From the human T2T-CHM13v2.0 reference genome, Homo sapiens, in the NCBI RefSeq assembly GCF_009914755.1, contig NC_060932.1: 64,000 nucleotides of DNA; one strand, 5' to 3'. Shown here piece by piece: positions 33,761-48,224 of this stretch. Each line of letters begins with the position of its first letter. Position 1 is the first letter of the stretch. The position numbers were made by a program, and so were the translations under genes. Below the pieces are notes generated by a model that was not told where the DNA came from, searched no databases, and saw only the letters and a program-made list of their open reading frames with translations.

Positions 33761-35823
33761 CTAGCCTGACCAAGTTTAAAATGTCTGGGGGTTGGGGGGT
33801 TCCCTGAACAATGCAAGAGGCACCATTTCATCTGTGTTTCTTGGACAATCCCTAGCGTTATCCAAGACTTCTCAACAGTTGCCACATTTGAGGACATACT
33901 GCAGAGTATCTGTCTCATCATCTTCTGATATCACAGTGCTTAGATTAGTGCCTAGTAACCAAGGAAAGAGGGAATAAGGGGACGTCCCCCACTGGCCAAT
34001 GTCTTAGATATGTGGATTTGGAGTCAAAATGTTTGCCCGACTAGCCTAACGGTGTGGATGGTGACATTGCGCTAAAACCGACCCTCAGACTCTTATTTCA
34101 TGAATTTGTCTGATTTCTTTGGTAGCTGAGGTCTGGTTTTGATGTGCAAACTGGCTCTAAAAATTAATCTGTTCCCTTTCTCTCTCACCCTTTTTAATTG
34201 CCTGATTTGTTTGTCTCTTGGGAGTGGCAAGGTGGGAAGGTTTCTCTGCCCAAGGCTGGCCAGGGTAGAACCTTCTGTGCTGGTGCTGGTCTGACTGTGG
34301 AAAGAGGTGCAGATGTTGGGGTTTGGAAAGTCATTGTCTGGGTTCCATGTCATATGGCCTCCTGAAAGGGACCCTCTTGGTTATTGCCTGCTCATGTCAT
34401 GGAGGAACTGCGCGTGGTTTTTATCGACATTTTGGTTTTGTTTCTATTTATAGGAGGTTGTTCAGAGGTTGTCCCAGTTTTTACTCCTTCTTATTAATTG
34501 TCGTGCTTAAAGCCATGCATATTTTCTGACTATCCACTTTTCTTTTCCCTGTGAAGCAAAAATAATATTAATTGAAACTGTAATGTGTGGCAGAGACTTT
34601 GCTTGGTATTTTCGCACTTGTTGTTTCATTTGTTTTTCATGATCATTCTGCAAGGTAGGTATTAATATTATTAGTTCCATGTTACAACTGAGGAAATTGC
34701 AGCTTAGGGATTTTAATTTCATAAAGCTAGTAAACATCTTTTTTTCATGACATGTACAATCTGGCTGGCTTTTTAATCATCCTGCCTTGAAGCTAACTTC
34801 GAGGTTCTTTTTAGGCGATTTTGGTGTTTGACCCTTCCCGGGTTGCACAGTGTGTGCCCTGTACTGCCGTGCTTGTATTTCATGGTCTCTTGTAATAAAC
34901 GCTTCTAAACATGGGCTCACACGTTAATTTGTTTATAGTAATTATTTCCCTGAAGGAAAAAAAAAGTCCATTTATTTTTTTCTCTTCTTTTATCTTTCCA
35001 GACCCTCGGGGCCTGATTCTCCGTGGCTCTTTTGGAGCAGATGTAACCAAGAAATCAATATAACCATTAGATTCATCCATGGCAACCATAATGTCATAGC
35101 ATCTCCTGCCTTGTAGTGTTGACAGAAGTGGCAGAGCCAGGAGGAGGGGAAATACTTCAAAGATGGGACGGGAGCCTCTAAAGTGAACGGGAGAATTAAA
35201 ATCCCACGGAATCTCACTTAGCAGATGAGAAATTGTAGGTTGTTGCCTACGGCATAATCAGGTCTTCTTTCAGAGAATGTAATGGCTTGATGTCAGGTAT
35301 GGCAGAGGGATCTCCAGCATTCAGGTATCGTGAGGCCCTTTAGCAGTGGTGGGGAGCAGCTGATGGAGCCGGAATTTCGTATTTGTCCTTTAGGTACCAA
35401 TGCTCATCACCTCCAGAGGTAGGGTTGGCAGATCTCATGTGATTTCCTTCTTCCAGTGATCTGGGCTTTTATTATTATTGTTATTATTAATGATTACCTG
35501 CGGCGAGGAGAGAGGGCATCCTTTGTAAGCACAGTGTTCGGTTTATGGAAAGCACCGCAGGTATGTTTGACTAGTACATGTTGGTCTAGTCTACCTAACA
35601 CATTCAGTTACTTAACAACTATTTATTGAGCACCTTTTTGGAGTCAGGTGCTACTGTAGGTATGGAGGTGGAGATTCTGCAGAAAACAAAGCATACAAAA
35701 CCCATGCATTCAGGGAGTTCATATTCTAGTAGGGACTAGGAATTCAGCTGAGCTAGCAGCTTGAATTTTCTCTCTCCAAAAGAGGTTGCCAGTTGCCTCA
35801 CAGTATCTCTTCTCCCCTTCTTT

Positions 35824-36092
35824 AGTGTAAAACAGTATTTCTTAACCAGGAGCAATTTTGCCCCCCAAAAGACATGTCTACAGACTTTTTGGTTGTCACA
35901 GCTTGGTAGGAGTTGTATCCTGTGTGTGTGTGTGTGTGTGTGTGTGTACTAGGTGCCTGTGCTCACACTACTAGTATCTAGTAAGTGGAGGCCAGGGATG
36001 CTACCAAACATCCTACCATGTGCACAGGACAGCCTGACAACAAAGAATTATCCACCCTGCAATGCCAATATTGCTGAGGTTGGGAAGCCCTG
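35824..36092. mobile_element. MER20 with an internal (TG)n
   Basis: gcaattttgcccccc...ggttgtcaca...gaggccagggatgct...caaagaattatcc. Confidence 0.8.
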
Positions 36093-36245
36093 GTGGAGAC
36101 AGAAGTGGCTGCTTGGTCAGTGACTATATTTCCCAGCTTCCCTTGCATCTAGCTGCGGCCTTGTGACTGGTTTTCACCAAGGGACCATGAGCAGGAATGC
36201 TGTGCCCACATCCAGGAGGAGGGCTTTTAAGAAGTGGATGTACTA

Positions 36246-36564
<319 letters not shown>

Positions 36565-37697
36565 TCAGGCTGGATGAAGAGAATAACAAAGTTCCAGGTG
36601 ACCCTGGAGTCACCAGGGGCCCTAAATCACCATGTGGAGGCGACTGTCTGTAAATCTGAGACTCTCACCTTGGACTCCCATGTATATGAGAAAATAAAAT
36701 CCTGTTGTGTTTTAACCATTACGAATTTGAGGATTTCAGCTACGGCACTTTAGTCTACCCTGACTATTGTTGTCCCTAAGTGTTCTCAACAGTTCTTCAA
36801 CAATAACAATAGTTGACACTTACGCTGTGAGCACACACCGTGAGCCAGACATAAAACTTTTTAAATGTGAGATTTTATTTTATCTTCATACAAACTCTAT
36901 GGAATAGGTACCATTATTACCCTTGTTTTACTGATAAAGAAACAAATGCTCAAGGAGGTTAATAAGGCAAGTAAGTGCCATAAGCCAGTTCTCTTCCAGG
37001 TTCTAGTCTCAACCACTGAAGCAGGTTCCTTTCTCCAGCCTTAATATCTTTTTATCTGGGCATTAGCATCTTTCTTCAGGGTCGCTGTAACTGTTCCCTC
37101 TTTGGTTCCTCTGCCACCACTGTGGATACTCCAGATTGAATGACTTTTTGAAAACCAAATCTGAACATGCTTCTTTCCTGCCCAACTTCCTTCAGTGACT
37201 TTTCATTGCTCCCAGGATAAAGCACACACTTCTTACAGGGCAGAATGGTCCTTCTGCATCTACCCAGCCTACCGCCAGCTGCCTTCATCCTTTGTCCCTT
37301 TTTCCTTTCGCCACATGTTCCAGTGGTGAGTGCAGGCTTCATCAGCACAGAAAAAAAAAAAAAAAAAAAAAAAAGGGCTATTTTTTTCCCAGAATTATTC
37401 TCGCTGTGCAGAGGGAATCACAGTTAAGGTATCAGGCTTCCTATGTGGATTTCCAAGAGTTCAAGAAAGGATTGTTTGACCATCCCCTGGGAACACTGTT
37501 GAAAGGATTCTTACATTGGGTGGGTGGCTCATTCCAACCAGATATTGCTACAGTTCTTCAAAACACATAATTGCATAATGTAAGGGGAACCTGGTTTTCC
37601 AGCTTTGTTCAGCTCTCACATTCTATTTGTTCTATTAAAGACTATATTGACTTTGGAAAGTAATTTGGCAGTATTACACTACAGCAGCTTTACTCCT

Positions 37698-39202
37698 TTT
37701 TTTTTTTTATTGATCATTCTTGGGTGTTTCTCGCAGAGGGGGATTTGGCAGGGTCACAGGACAATAGTGGAGGGAAGGTCAGCAGATAAACAAGTGAACA
37801 AAGGTCTCTGGTTTTCCTAGGCAGAGGACCCTGTGGCCTTCCGCAGTGTTTGTGTCCCTGATTACTTGAGATCAGGGATTGGTGATGACTCTTAACGAGC
37901 ATGCTGCCTTCAAGCATCTGTTTAACAAAGCACATCTTGCACCGCCCTTAATCCATTCAACCCTGAGTGGATACAGCACATGTTTCAGAGAGCACAGGGT
38001 TGGGGGTAAGGTCACAGATCAACAGGATCCCAAGGCAGAAGAATTTTTCTTAGTACAGAACAAAATGAAAAGTCTCCCATGTCTACCTCTTTCTACACAG
38101 ACACGGCAACCATCCGATTTCTCAATCTTTCCCCCACCTTTCCCCCCTTTCTATTCCACAAAACCGCCATTGTCATCATGGCCCGTTCTCAATGAGCTGT
38201 TGGGTACACCTCCCAGACGGGGTGGTGGCCGGGCAGAGGGGCTCCTCACTTCCCAGTAGGGGCGGCCGGGCAGAGGCACCCCTCACCTCCCGGAGGGGGC
38301 GGCTGGCCGGGCAGGGGGCTGACCCCCCACCTCCCACCCGGACGGGGCGGCTGGCCGGGCAGGGGGCTGACCCCCCCACCTCCCTCCCGGACAGGGCAGC
38401 TGGCCAGGCAGAGGGGCTCCTCACTTCCCAGTAGGGGCGGCCGGGCAGAGGCGCCCCTCACCTCCCGGACGGGGCGGCTGGCCGGGCGGGGGGCTGACCC
38501 CCCCACCTCCCTCCCGGACGGGGCGGCTGGCCAGGCGGGGGGCTGACCCCCCCACCTCCCTCCCGGACGAGGTGGCTGCCGGGCGGAGACACTCCTCACC
38601 TCCCAGACGGGGTGGCTGCTGGGTGGAGGGGCTCCTCACTTCTCAGACGGGGCGGCTGCCGGGCGGAGGGGCTCCTCACTTCTCAGACGGGGCGGTTGCC
38701 AGGCAGAGGGTCTCCTCACTTCTCAGACGGGGCGACCAGGCAGAGACGCTCCTCACATCCCGGACGGGGCGGCAGGGCAGAGGTGCTCCCCACATCTCAG
38801 ACGATGGGCGGCCGGGCAGAGACGCTCCTCACTTCCCAGATGTGATGGTGGCCGGGAAGAGGCGCTCCTCACTTCCTAGATGGGATGGCGGCCAGGCAGA
38901 GACGCTCCTCACTTTCCAGACTGGGCAGCCAGGCAGAGGGGCTCCTCACATCCCAGATGATGGGCGGCCAGGCGGAGATGCTCCTCACTTCCCAGACGGG
39001 GTGGCGGCCAGGCAGAGGCTGCAATCTCAGCACTTTGGGAGGCCAAGGCAGGCTGATTCTGGTACAAGCTCCTTTTCTCATCGCAGACCTGCAGTTTGAG
39101 TAGCGTTGCTTAAGTTACACTGTATAAACATTTATCTCCTCTTGAGAGGTGAAGCTGGCTAGGCTTCAGGGTCAGGTGGGGACTTGGAGAACTTTTCTGA
39201 AT
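37698..39202 (-). mobile_element. SVA (D-like), truncated in the Alu-like domain, with a ~147-bp non-SVA 5' extension
   Basis: Poly(T), SINE-R (~37710-38210), GC-rich VNTR (~38210-39020), Alu-like end at 39055; 13-bp TSD cagctttactcct at 37685-37697 and 39203-39215. Confidence 0.95.
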
Positions 39203-39373
39203 CAGCTTTACTCCTAATTATACTCCCTAGAGAATGCTCATGTGCAAAGCAGAAATGTAGTATTTGCAACACCAAAAAAAAAAAGTTAAATTAAATGTCC
39301 ATCCAACAGAGAATGGACAAATAAACTCATACAAAGAGTATCACAGAGAAGTGAAAATCAGAGAATAGAGCTA

Positions 39374-39706
<333 letters not shown>

Positions 39707-39849
39707 TAGGTGTAGTATGATATCATAATAATGTTATATACTGTGCCTGGTAGGGTCCCAGTAGGAAGCAGAAGGCACATCCAGATGCAACTGGAATTCT
39801 AAAGAGAAGGAAAAGAAGGGACATTTATAGAGGTCTCAGAAAGAGGAGA

Positions 39850-40320
39850 TTGTTTAATAACCACAGATTCCTCCCATTCCATTATTTATTCCCTATTTGC
39901 TGCTCCTTATACCCAGAGAAGGAATCCATTTTCCCATCCCTTTTAATCTGGGCTGGCTTTGTGACTGGTTTTAACAAATAGGCTGAAGCAAAAGTGATTT
40001 GGGGTGAGTTCCAGAGGTCTTGTGATTTTTGCCTTGACCTTTTTGGAATGCTTCTGACTTCATGTAAAGGAGCCTGCACTGGCCTACTGGAAGCCTTTTG
40101 GAGAGAAAGATACAACCAACAGTCATTACCAACCAGGACGAGCTGACATTGACAGACTACAAATGTACAATGAGCCCAATCAGCACCACTTGGAGCAGAA
40201 GAACTGCCTAGGTGAGCCCAAGTCAAATTACCAACCTACAGAATAATGAGCAAAGAACTGGTTATTGTTTTAAGCCACTAGTTTTTGGGTGTTTTGTTAT
40301 GAATATATAATCAACATAGT
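39850..40320 (+). mobile_element. MLT1-type MaLR LTR
   Basis: tctgggctggctttgtgactg...gaactgcctaggtgagccca...ttgttttaagccactagttttt. Confidence 0.65.
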
Positions 40321-41062
40321 GGAATCAAGGAACCAACGAGGTTCTGAGGTTTCCAGGAACTAGCAAGTTGGGAGTTACCTGAAGGGGCAAGTATAGGAGG
40401 CAGTGTTACAGGAACCCGGTGGGGGCCTGAGGGTCAGAGGAGAGGCTGTCAGGCAGGCCCCAGGATCACATAACCATAGCAAGGAGGAAGTGTGGTAGGA
40501 AATACCCCGATCTCTCTCTCCTCCTGCCCCGGCTGCAATCTCTTGCCAGGCTCTTTGGCTGAACCCAATAAGAACCAGATAACAAGGGCATCTGGGAGAT
40601 GCCCTCTACTGGGAGCAGTCTCTGAGGCACAGAGATGGATCTGGGTAGGACAGTGGCAAACAGAATAACCAGGATGTATATTGTTCACAAACAGCAGACC
40701 ATACACACATTTAAGGGAATGAGAAACCTCAAAGTTACTTTTGGGAAGGAGGGATTTTTACCTTAAATAGAAGAGCAGGTACATGAGTACTCATTATGTT
40801 CCCATATATACTTTTTCTTTGGTATGTCTGAAATCAGTCACATTTAAGGGGAAATTAAGCCACCATTGAGTCACAGCCTGGGTGACCTTGGAAACACCAC
40901 TTGACCTCTGCAAGTCTCATTTTCTCTGTAAAATGAGGGTGACAACACTCCCCTCATGGAATCCACATGGGGTAAAGCTTGTGAATGTATGATCGCAGTG
41001 TCTGCCAGCCAGGTAATTTTTAAGTAGTTAGTTCTGTCACACATAAGAAATCACATACAAGG

Positions 41063-41063
41063 A

Positions 41064-41095
<32 letters not shown>

Positions 41096-41505
41096 AGAGA
41101 GAGAGAGTGAGAGAGAGAGAAAGGGAGAGAGAGAAAGAGAGAGAAAGGCAGACAAATAGAAAAACAGAGAGAGATAATACTCTATTTTGGTGAAAACCAT
41201 TATCTGCATGTAAAGTAAGGGAACTCTTAATGCCTTTCCAGCTACCCTGTCATGCGCAATCTCCTCGCCACCAAGCACCATACACCTACTACACACACAC
41301 ACAGAGGCACACACATACACACTTATGCTCTGTCACACACACGCATGAACACACACTCACACTTGCTCTCATACACATGCACAAACACACATGCAGGTAC
41401 ACAGAGAGGCACATAAACACATATTCATGCTCACACATCTGTGCATGTAGACACGCACACATACATGCATACACATGCACAGACACATGCAGGCACACAT
41501 GCACA
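41063..41505. repeat. (TG)n(GA)n and degenerate (CA)n simple repeats
   Basis: Direct inspection: 41063-41170 and 41290-41505. Confidence 0.9.
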
Positions 41506-41656
41506 GCGACCTCATAAGGCCCACCAAGTGCCTGTTAAGACAAGCAGGAGTCAACCTCCTTCCTTCAGCTTGTCATTTTTCCTGCAGGCCGGGCTTCCTC
41601 CAACCCAGCGCTATGGCATTTGCTGACACGGAATTAGGACATATAAATAGGAAAGC

Positions 41657-42202
<546 letters not shown>

Positions 42203-43180
42203 TTAGACTCAAGTCTCTCCATCTCCAGCACCTGTGTCTGGATGAAAGATCCTTCTTGGTGTGATGGGCAGGTAAATAAGTTTGTTGGCCCCTCCCTCCC
42301 TCTCTCTTTCCCTCCCTCCCTCTTTCCCTCCCTTGCTCTCTTTGCAGTTGAGGATGGGGGAAGAGACGAAATAATTCCTGCATAATATTTGTCTAAAAGG
42401 AATGTGTAAGATAAAACAGTGTGTGTGAGGCCTGTCTTTTTTTTTTTAATAGCCCCATAGCACCTGGCATAGGTGGGCACCACAGGATCTATGATGATTG
42501 AAAGGAGTGTTTTCAAATTCAGCTGTCAAAGACAGGGCAATCATCCTGCCTCCTGCCTGGAAAGTGATTTACAATTTTCCTCCTTGGTGGCATCCTAAGG
42601 CAAACAGGCACTTTTGTTTCCATGGAGAACCCACTCTTCCCTCTAAGGTAGATGATCCTCCCCGCCTCGCTCCTTCTCTCCCTCTCCCCTTTCCTTCCTC
42701 CTCCCTCTCTCCCTGCATTCCTTACTTCCCCCCCTCTTTCTTTCTCTCTCCCTTCCTCTTCCCCTTTCCTTTCTCTCTCTCCCCCACTTTACTCCTCAGT
42801 CTCTCCAGCCCTTTCCTCCTCCCACAGAGGCTTCTGCCCCAGAAGGGCCAAACACTACCCTTCAGCTTTGTCCCCAGGAAGGGCTATGCCCATCCCTCCT
42901 TCCTCCCCCTATGGAGAGGTGAGACCCTCTGAGGGCTTAGAAGTTTTGCCCTAGCTCTTTGGACTGTTTTCTTCTTAAGAAACTGTTTACTCAAAGAGCT
43001 CAGAGCTCCTTGAGAACCATCTACCCAGGACCCAGGAACCATCTACCTGGGTCCCCAGGCCAGGCCCCGGGAGGCTGCACGGTGGTCTCGGCTCCAGTCC
43101 GAAGGCCAAGTGCAAGTGTACGTGCCACCTCATCTCTCAGTTTCTTCACCGGCAAAGTGAGAGCAACTCTCCCAGGAGCT

Positions 43181-43256
43181 GCCATGAGAAAGAGCTGAGG
43201 GCCAGGGGCTAGAGAGTTGCCATGAGAAAGAGCTGAGGGCCAGGGGCTAGAGAGTT
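43181..43256. repeat. Perfect 38-bp tandem duplication
   Basis: gccatgagaaagagctgagggccaggggctagagagtt x2. Confidence 0.95.
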
Positions 43257-45057
43257 TCCTTTCTGTAGGTCCTCTGGCTCACTCAGCTGATACCTCTGCC
43301 TTTTGGCCTTGAAATTAACTTAACAGCCCAAAAAGGAGAACCCAGGACGCTCCTCAGCCTGATGGCAAGGGATCCTCTGGAGATTGATTGTTGAGTGGGA
43401 TCCTAGGAGTGCCGTCTTTATCCAGAGCTGAGGCCCTGCGGTGGGCATGGGCAGGCGGAACAGTTGGGGACTCTGGGGCTGTCTTCACCCTTGGTATCTG
43501 TGGAGCTTCAGAAATGCCAGTAACCACCAAGAGCAGTGTCTCAGTATTTGGAACACATAAGAAGATAAAGCTAATCTCAGAGTGTGTGTCTGTTTCCTGT
43601 GAGCAGCTCCAAATGTGTGCTCCTTAGTGTGTATGTGTGTGCGTGCCCTCCCCACCAGTGGGGGAGCAGGAAGTTCGAACAACAGCCATTTATTTATTTT
43701 GCATCAGATGCAGGCTACAGTGACAGAATGTGAATCTTGGACGTCTGGTCAGAACACTGGGATGTTCAACTCCGAGTGGATGAGCCTGGTCTGGGAAACC
43801 GGGAGCCCTAACCTGGAGCCCCAATGTCCCCCCAGTGCCCACCTCAGGGCACCATCTCTGTGTTAGAGAAGATCTGTGTCCGTGTGGCCTCTTTCTGCTC
43901 AAGGTGGGGCTTACTGTCAGGTACCCAAGCTCAGGTTTTCATGCATTTCCAGAATATAAGTATCACTTCTGTCTGTGTTTTGTTACGAATAATTATGCAG
44001 ATTTTTAGGTGGCCCCTGCTAAATATATGGTGATGCTTCTTTCCTTTTACCCTCCCCCATCTCTCTAACTCCCACATATACTCAGCACCTTCTCTGGGCC
44101 AGGACATCTTCCATGTGCACTCAGCACACACAGATGATTCAGAACTAGTCCCTGCCCGTGAGAAACTTCTAGTCTGTTTTGGGGGAAGATAAGCCAGGCT
44201 ATGGCAATAGTGTACAGTCCTGAAGGGGACACAGAGTGGGCGTTCTGGGAGCACAGAGGAGAGCCCCTATCCTCCCAGGGAACCCAAAAACGGTGTTAGG
44301 GATGGGAGGATGATAGAAGAGGCTTTGTAAGAATAGCTGCTGTGTTACAGAGGTGGGCTGTGGGGAGCAGGACAGAGTCATAATCTCGTTTCTGGAAGAT
44401 GTAAGAGGCCCTGTAGTTTCTTGCAAAAAATGACTGGGCTTGTGTGTTACTGTCACAGCTTTGTACTAGAAAGACACATTTAAACACATTTAATGGAATG
44501 GCAAGCAATACAGGGAAAACGAGGAGGGGGAGATGAGCACCCTTCGGTCTCCATGAATTACCAACTTAGCTCCTCAAAGCAGAGAAGGAACATGAGAGGA
44601 GGAGATGAACTTACTGCTCACCTATTGCATTTCAGTCTACTTTAAACATGATCTCATTCAGTCCTCATCAGCAACTCTGTAGTAGATTTATTAACCCCAT
44701 TTTACAGTTGAGGAGACTGAGGCTCAGGCTAAGTAACTGTCCAAGCAAAGAGCAGGATTTTAAACTACGATCTCTATGGCTCAGTTCCTGAGTCTGTGCT
44801 CTCTTTCCAACAAACCCTATTGCTCACAAGAACCTTCTATAGAGAACACAGCATTGTGGTCAATGAACTCCTTGTCGAGGATCATAAACTCAGAATTCAA
44901 TATAAAGTCACTATTATTCCAGAAAAAAAAAAAAGAAAAGAAAAACCCTGATGCCCGCCTCCTTTGAAAAAATAGCATGCCTTAGTGAGATGGGCTATTA
45001 ATATACTTTGTCGCTGACATCAGTATTGCAGGCTGGTTCTTTGGGAGAGCCAGGATG

Positions 45058-45130
45058 ATGCTAATTTGCATGCTGCTTTGCATTTATTTGCATTCTCTCT
45101 CCATATGCAAAATCCAACACAGCTAATTAG
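45058..45130. promoter_or_regulatory. Candidate enhancer core: cluster of octamer/POU motifs
   Basis: ATTTGCAT at 45064 and 45086; variants ATGCTAAT (45058), CTTTGCAT (45076), ATGCAAAA (45105); CTAATTAG at 45123. Confidence 0.4.
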
Positions 45131-45771
45131 TGCAACCTTGTTACAATGAGAAGCAGGCCCGGCGTTCAGTGCCAGGGCAGATGGAGACCAGAACAGGGAC
45201 AGAACCAACCCAAAGCCAGGCACGTCCTGGGTTGGACACACCGGGAGACTTGAAGGGGAGGCACATGCCCTGAATGAAAAGTAGTGTAACTGAGCACCAT
45301 TATTCTTCAAATATTGTTCCTTTGAAGTAGCTATTGCAGAGAAGGAGGGTGAGAGAGAGAAAATGACGGTGGGCGGTGGGTGGGGAGGGGATGGAGAGAT
45401 CGAAGAAGGTGGCCAGAACTTTGCCTCAGGCAGGATTTTGTTTGAGAAAGAGCACAGGATTTGGATCCCAAAGGCTTCAGGTAAAGTCCTGCTTGGAGTT
45501 TGGCTTCGCCACTTACAAACTGTGGGACCTTGCACTTCATGGGTTTGCAGGGATTACATGGGAAAAAGAGGGTGGACATGCACTTTTTGCAAATGGTAAT
45601 GCACAATATAGATGTGAGGAATCCAAGCCATGCCATATGACCATGGAGGGCAGCACCAGAGCCAGGTGGGGTCTGCAGACTCAGCCTCCTCTCGGGGTCC
45701 AGACCCTGGATGTGATCCACAATATAGAGATATATTATAACATATGGATGATATAGCATGTGTGTATGTAC

Positions 45772-45803
<32 letters not shown>

Positions 45804-48224
45804 ATACACACACACATGCTAGCATTTAATGATCATCTAATATGGACCACATACTGTGCTGTGCTTGTGCACCTATCAATCATTTCTTTTAGTGATTCCC
45901 ATGACCGCTCTAAGACCTGCTTATTATTATGACCCCATCTTACAGATATCACTAAGGCAAAAAATGCTTGCCAAGTGCACTAGGGCACTCTTGCCAAATG
46001 ATTGGGAATTCATATTTTATGTCACCCACTTCCTTTTCCAGCTCCTATGGAGACTATGGCATTTCTGTTAATCTGCTTTTTTTCACATTGCCTAGTTGTG
46101 ATAATTTTGATTTGGCCTTGGGTTTTGTTTGTGTCATCTGAGGACTTCTTCCTCTCAACTGGTCATTTTGGTTGGTCTCGAATATTTCAGCTCTGTGTTT
46201 CATTACTTAAAGTGGCCCGTTCTACAAGGGTAGCTCCAATCAAGCAAGGTAGATTGAAGTATTGTTCACAGATATTCACTGGGCTTCATAGAAGGAGAAT
46301 TATATTATCCTGCCCCATGGGTATACAGCATGGTTATGTAGCTTGCTCTGGCCAATGAAAGGTGAGTGGAAGTGAGACCTGTCATTACCAGGCAGAAGGC
46401 AGCATGTGGTTTATCATAGTTGTCTTTCTCTTCTACCCTGATGATAGGCGAAGTTGCAGACAGAGTCTGCTTCCCAGAGGGTCCAGCAGTTTCAAAGGCA
46501 ACTGGTGAAGAACAAGTCATGCGAATAAGAAATAAACATTTGTTGTAATTGTAAGCCTTCATGATTTGTTACAGGAGCACGAACTAGCATATTCTGACTA
46601 AAACATTCATTGTCTATTGAATATTACGAGATTAGCTCTTACAGGATGGCCTTTCTCCTAAATTGCAGAGGCACATTATTCGAGCGCCCTGTGAACTGGC
46701 TGTAGTTGTTTCTGTGGATGGCCGGACAATTCTCCCAATGATATTGCCATTACTCAAAATATTTTCTACTTCCATTCAAAAAACTGCTTTACATTATAAA
46801 AGTACTAAACTCCTGATAACACTAGTACTCCTGCTAACAGCCAATACTTTCTAAGATTTTCTTATTTAATCTTCACAAAAGCTATGTGAGATAGGTGTTC
46901 TTAATTTTCATTTTCCAAACAAGAAAAACAGAAGCTCAGAAATCTTCGGTAATGCATTCAAGATCACACAGCTAAGCAGAGAGTCAAGATTGAAATCAGC
47001 ATTCGTCTCAGGCACAAACCCTAATCTCATTACTACTCATATTTTCCCCCTCCAAAATTTATATTAACTAGCTGAGTCACACACCTCATTTGCCAGAGAT
47101 GGCTGCAAAGATTTTGTCTGCTATGAAAAGCAAAGTAATTATAATGAAAATAACGTTAGACTTGATATTAGGAGATGTGGAGTTGGTTCACAGCTGTTTC
47201 TAGTAAGTCCAGTGACCTTGAGTTAGATGATTTTCCTCTCTGGACCCTGGTATTTTCCTCTGTAAAATGAAGAACTTTGCCTCAGAAAACATAGTGTATG
47301 GATCTGGCCAACAGAGTCCTTCAGTCTCCTAAAAGTGTATGCAAAACATTGTGTATGAATGTATTTTTCTGAGTCAAGGATCTATACTATTCATCAGGTC
47401 TTGGAAGGAGCCTGTTACTTGCAGAAGATGAGGAACTCTAATTCTCTGACTTGTTGAAATGATTTATCACTTTCCTCAGAATTGGGTGTGCAGGCAAAAA
47501 GAATTCAGTCTGAAAAAAATGGCAGTTAAATTTTGTAGGGTGAGTGTCAGATTCATCAAAGAATAACTGGAAGGCAAGCTGTATCATTTCATTTAAAAAT
47601 CATTAACAAATGTTTCTGCCTCACATTCCTGTGGTTCCTTATTGCTTACTCTGCATAGAAGCTGTTCATTCATCTCCTCAGCCAGGGACTGTGTCATTAG
47701 TTGTGGCTATTGGTCATTTCCTGTCTCATTCAGCAAGTAATCATATTATTTTGACTGGGAAGAGAATGAGTCCTGAGCTGTGAACTCAGTCTCACAATAA
47801 CTTGAGGATGTATTTCTTTGAATGTGGGAGAAAACGAAAACAGAGCAGGAAAATAACATTCATTGAGCCCCTATGATATCCCAAGCTCTTCAATGGCATT
47901 TTCTTCTTTTTTTAGTCACATAGGTCTATTTTCAACCAAAATTTTGGGGTAACTATCATCCATTGGCCACTGTTTTAGGTGCTGCGGATATAGAAATGAA
48001 CAATCAGACCAAAAAAAATCACATTCTGTGAGCTTATGTTCTGGTGGGGGAGAAAAAAATGTGCTAGTAAAATTTAGTAAAAAATATATTAGTAAAATAT
48101 ATATGCTTACATATGCTACTGCGGTATATGCGATATCCTCGTATTACAGGATCAGAGACATTCAATACCATTGATTATTGTTATTTCTATATGTCTCTGT
48201 CTATATCTATATCTATCTATATCT

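Noticed and set aside
38210-39020. Repeat-spacer-like array / CpG island
   Set aside because: SVA VNTR; not CRISPR and not a gene promoter island
37879-39103. Several 70-175 aa ORFs on both strands
   Set aside because: Translations of the SVA VNTR and SINE-R, not genes
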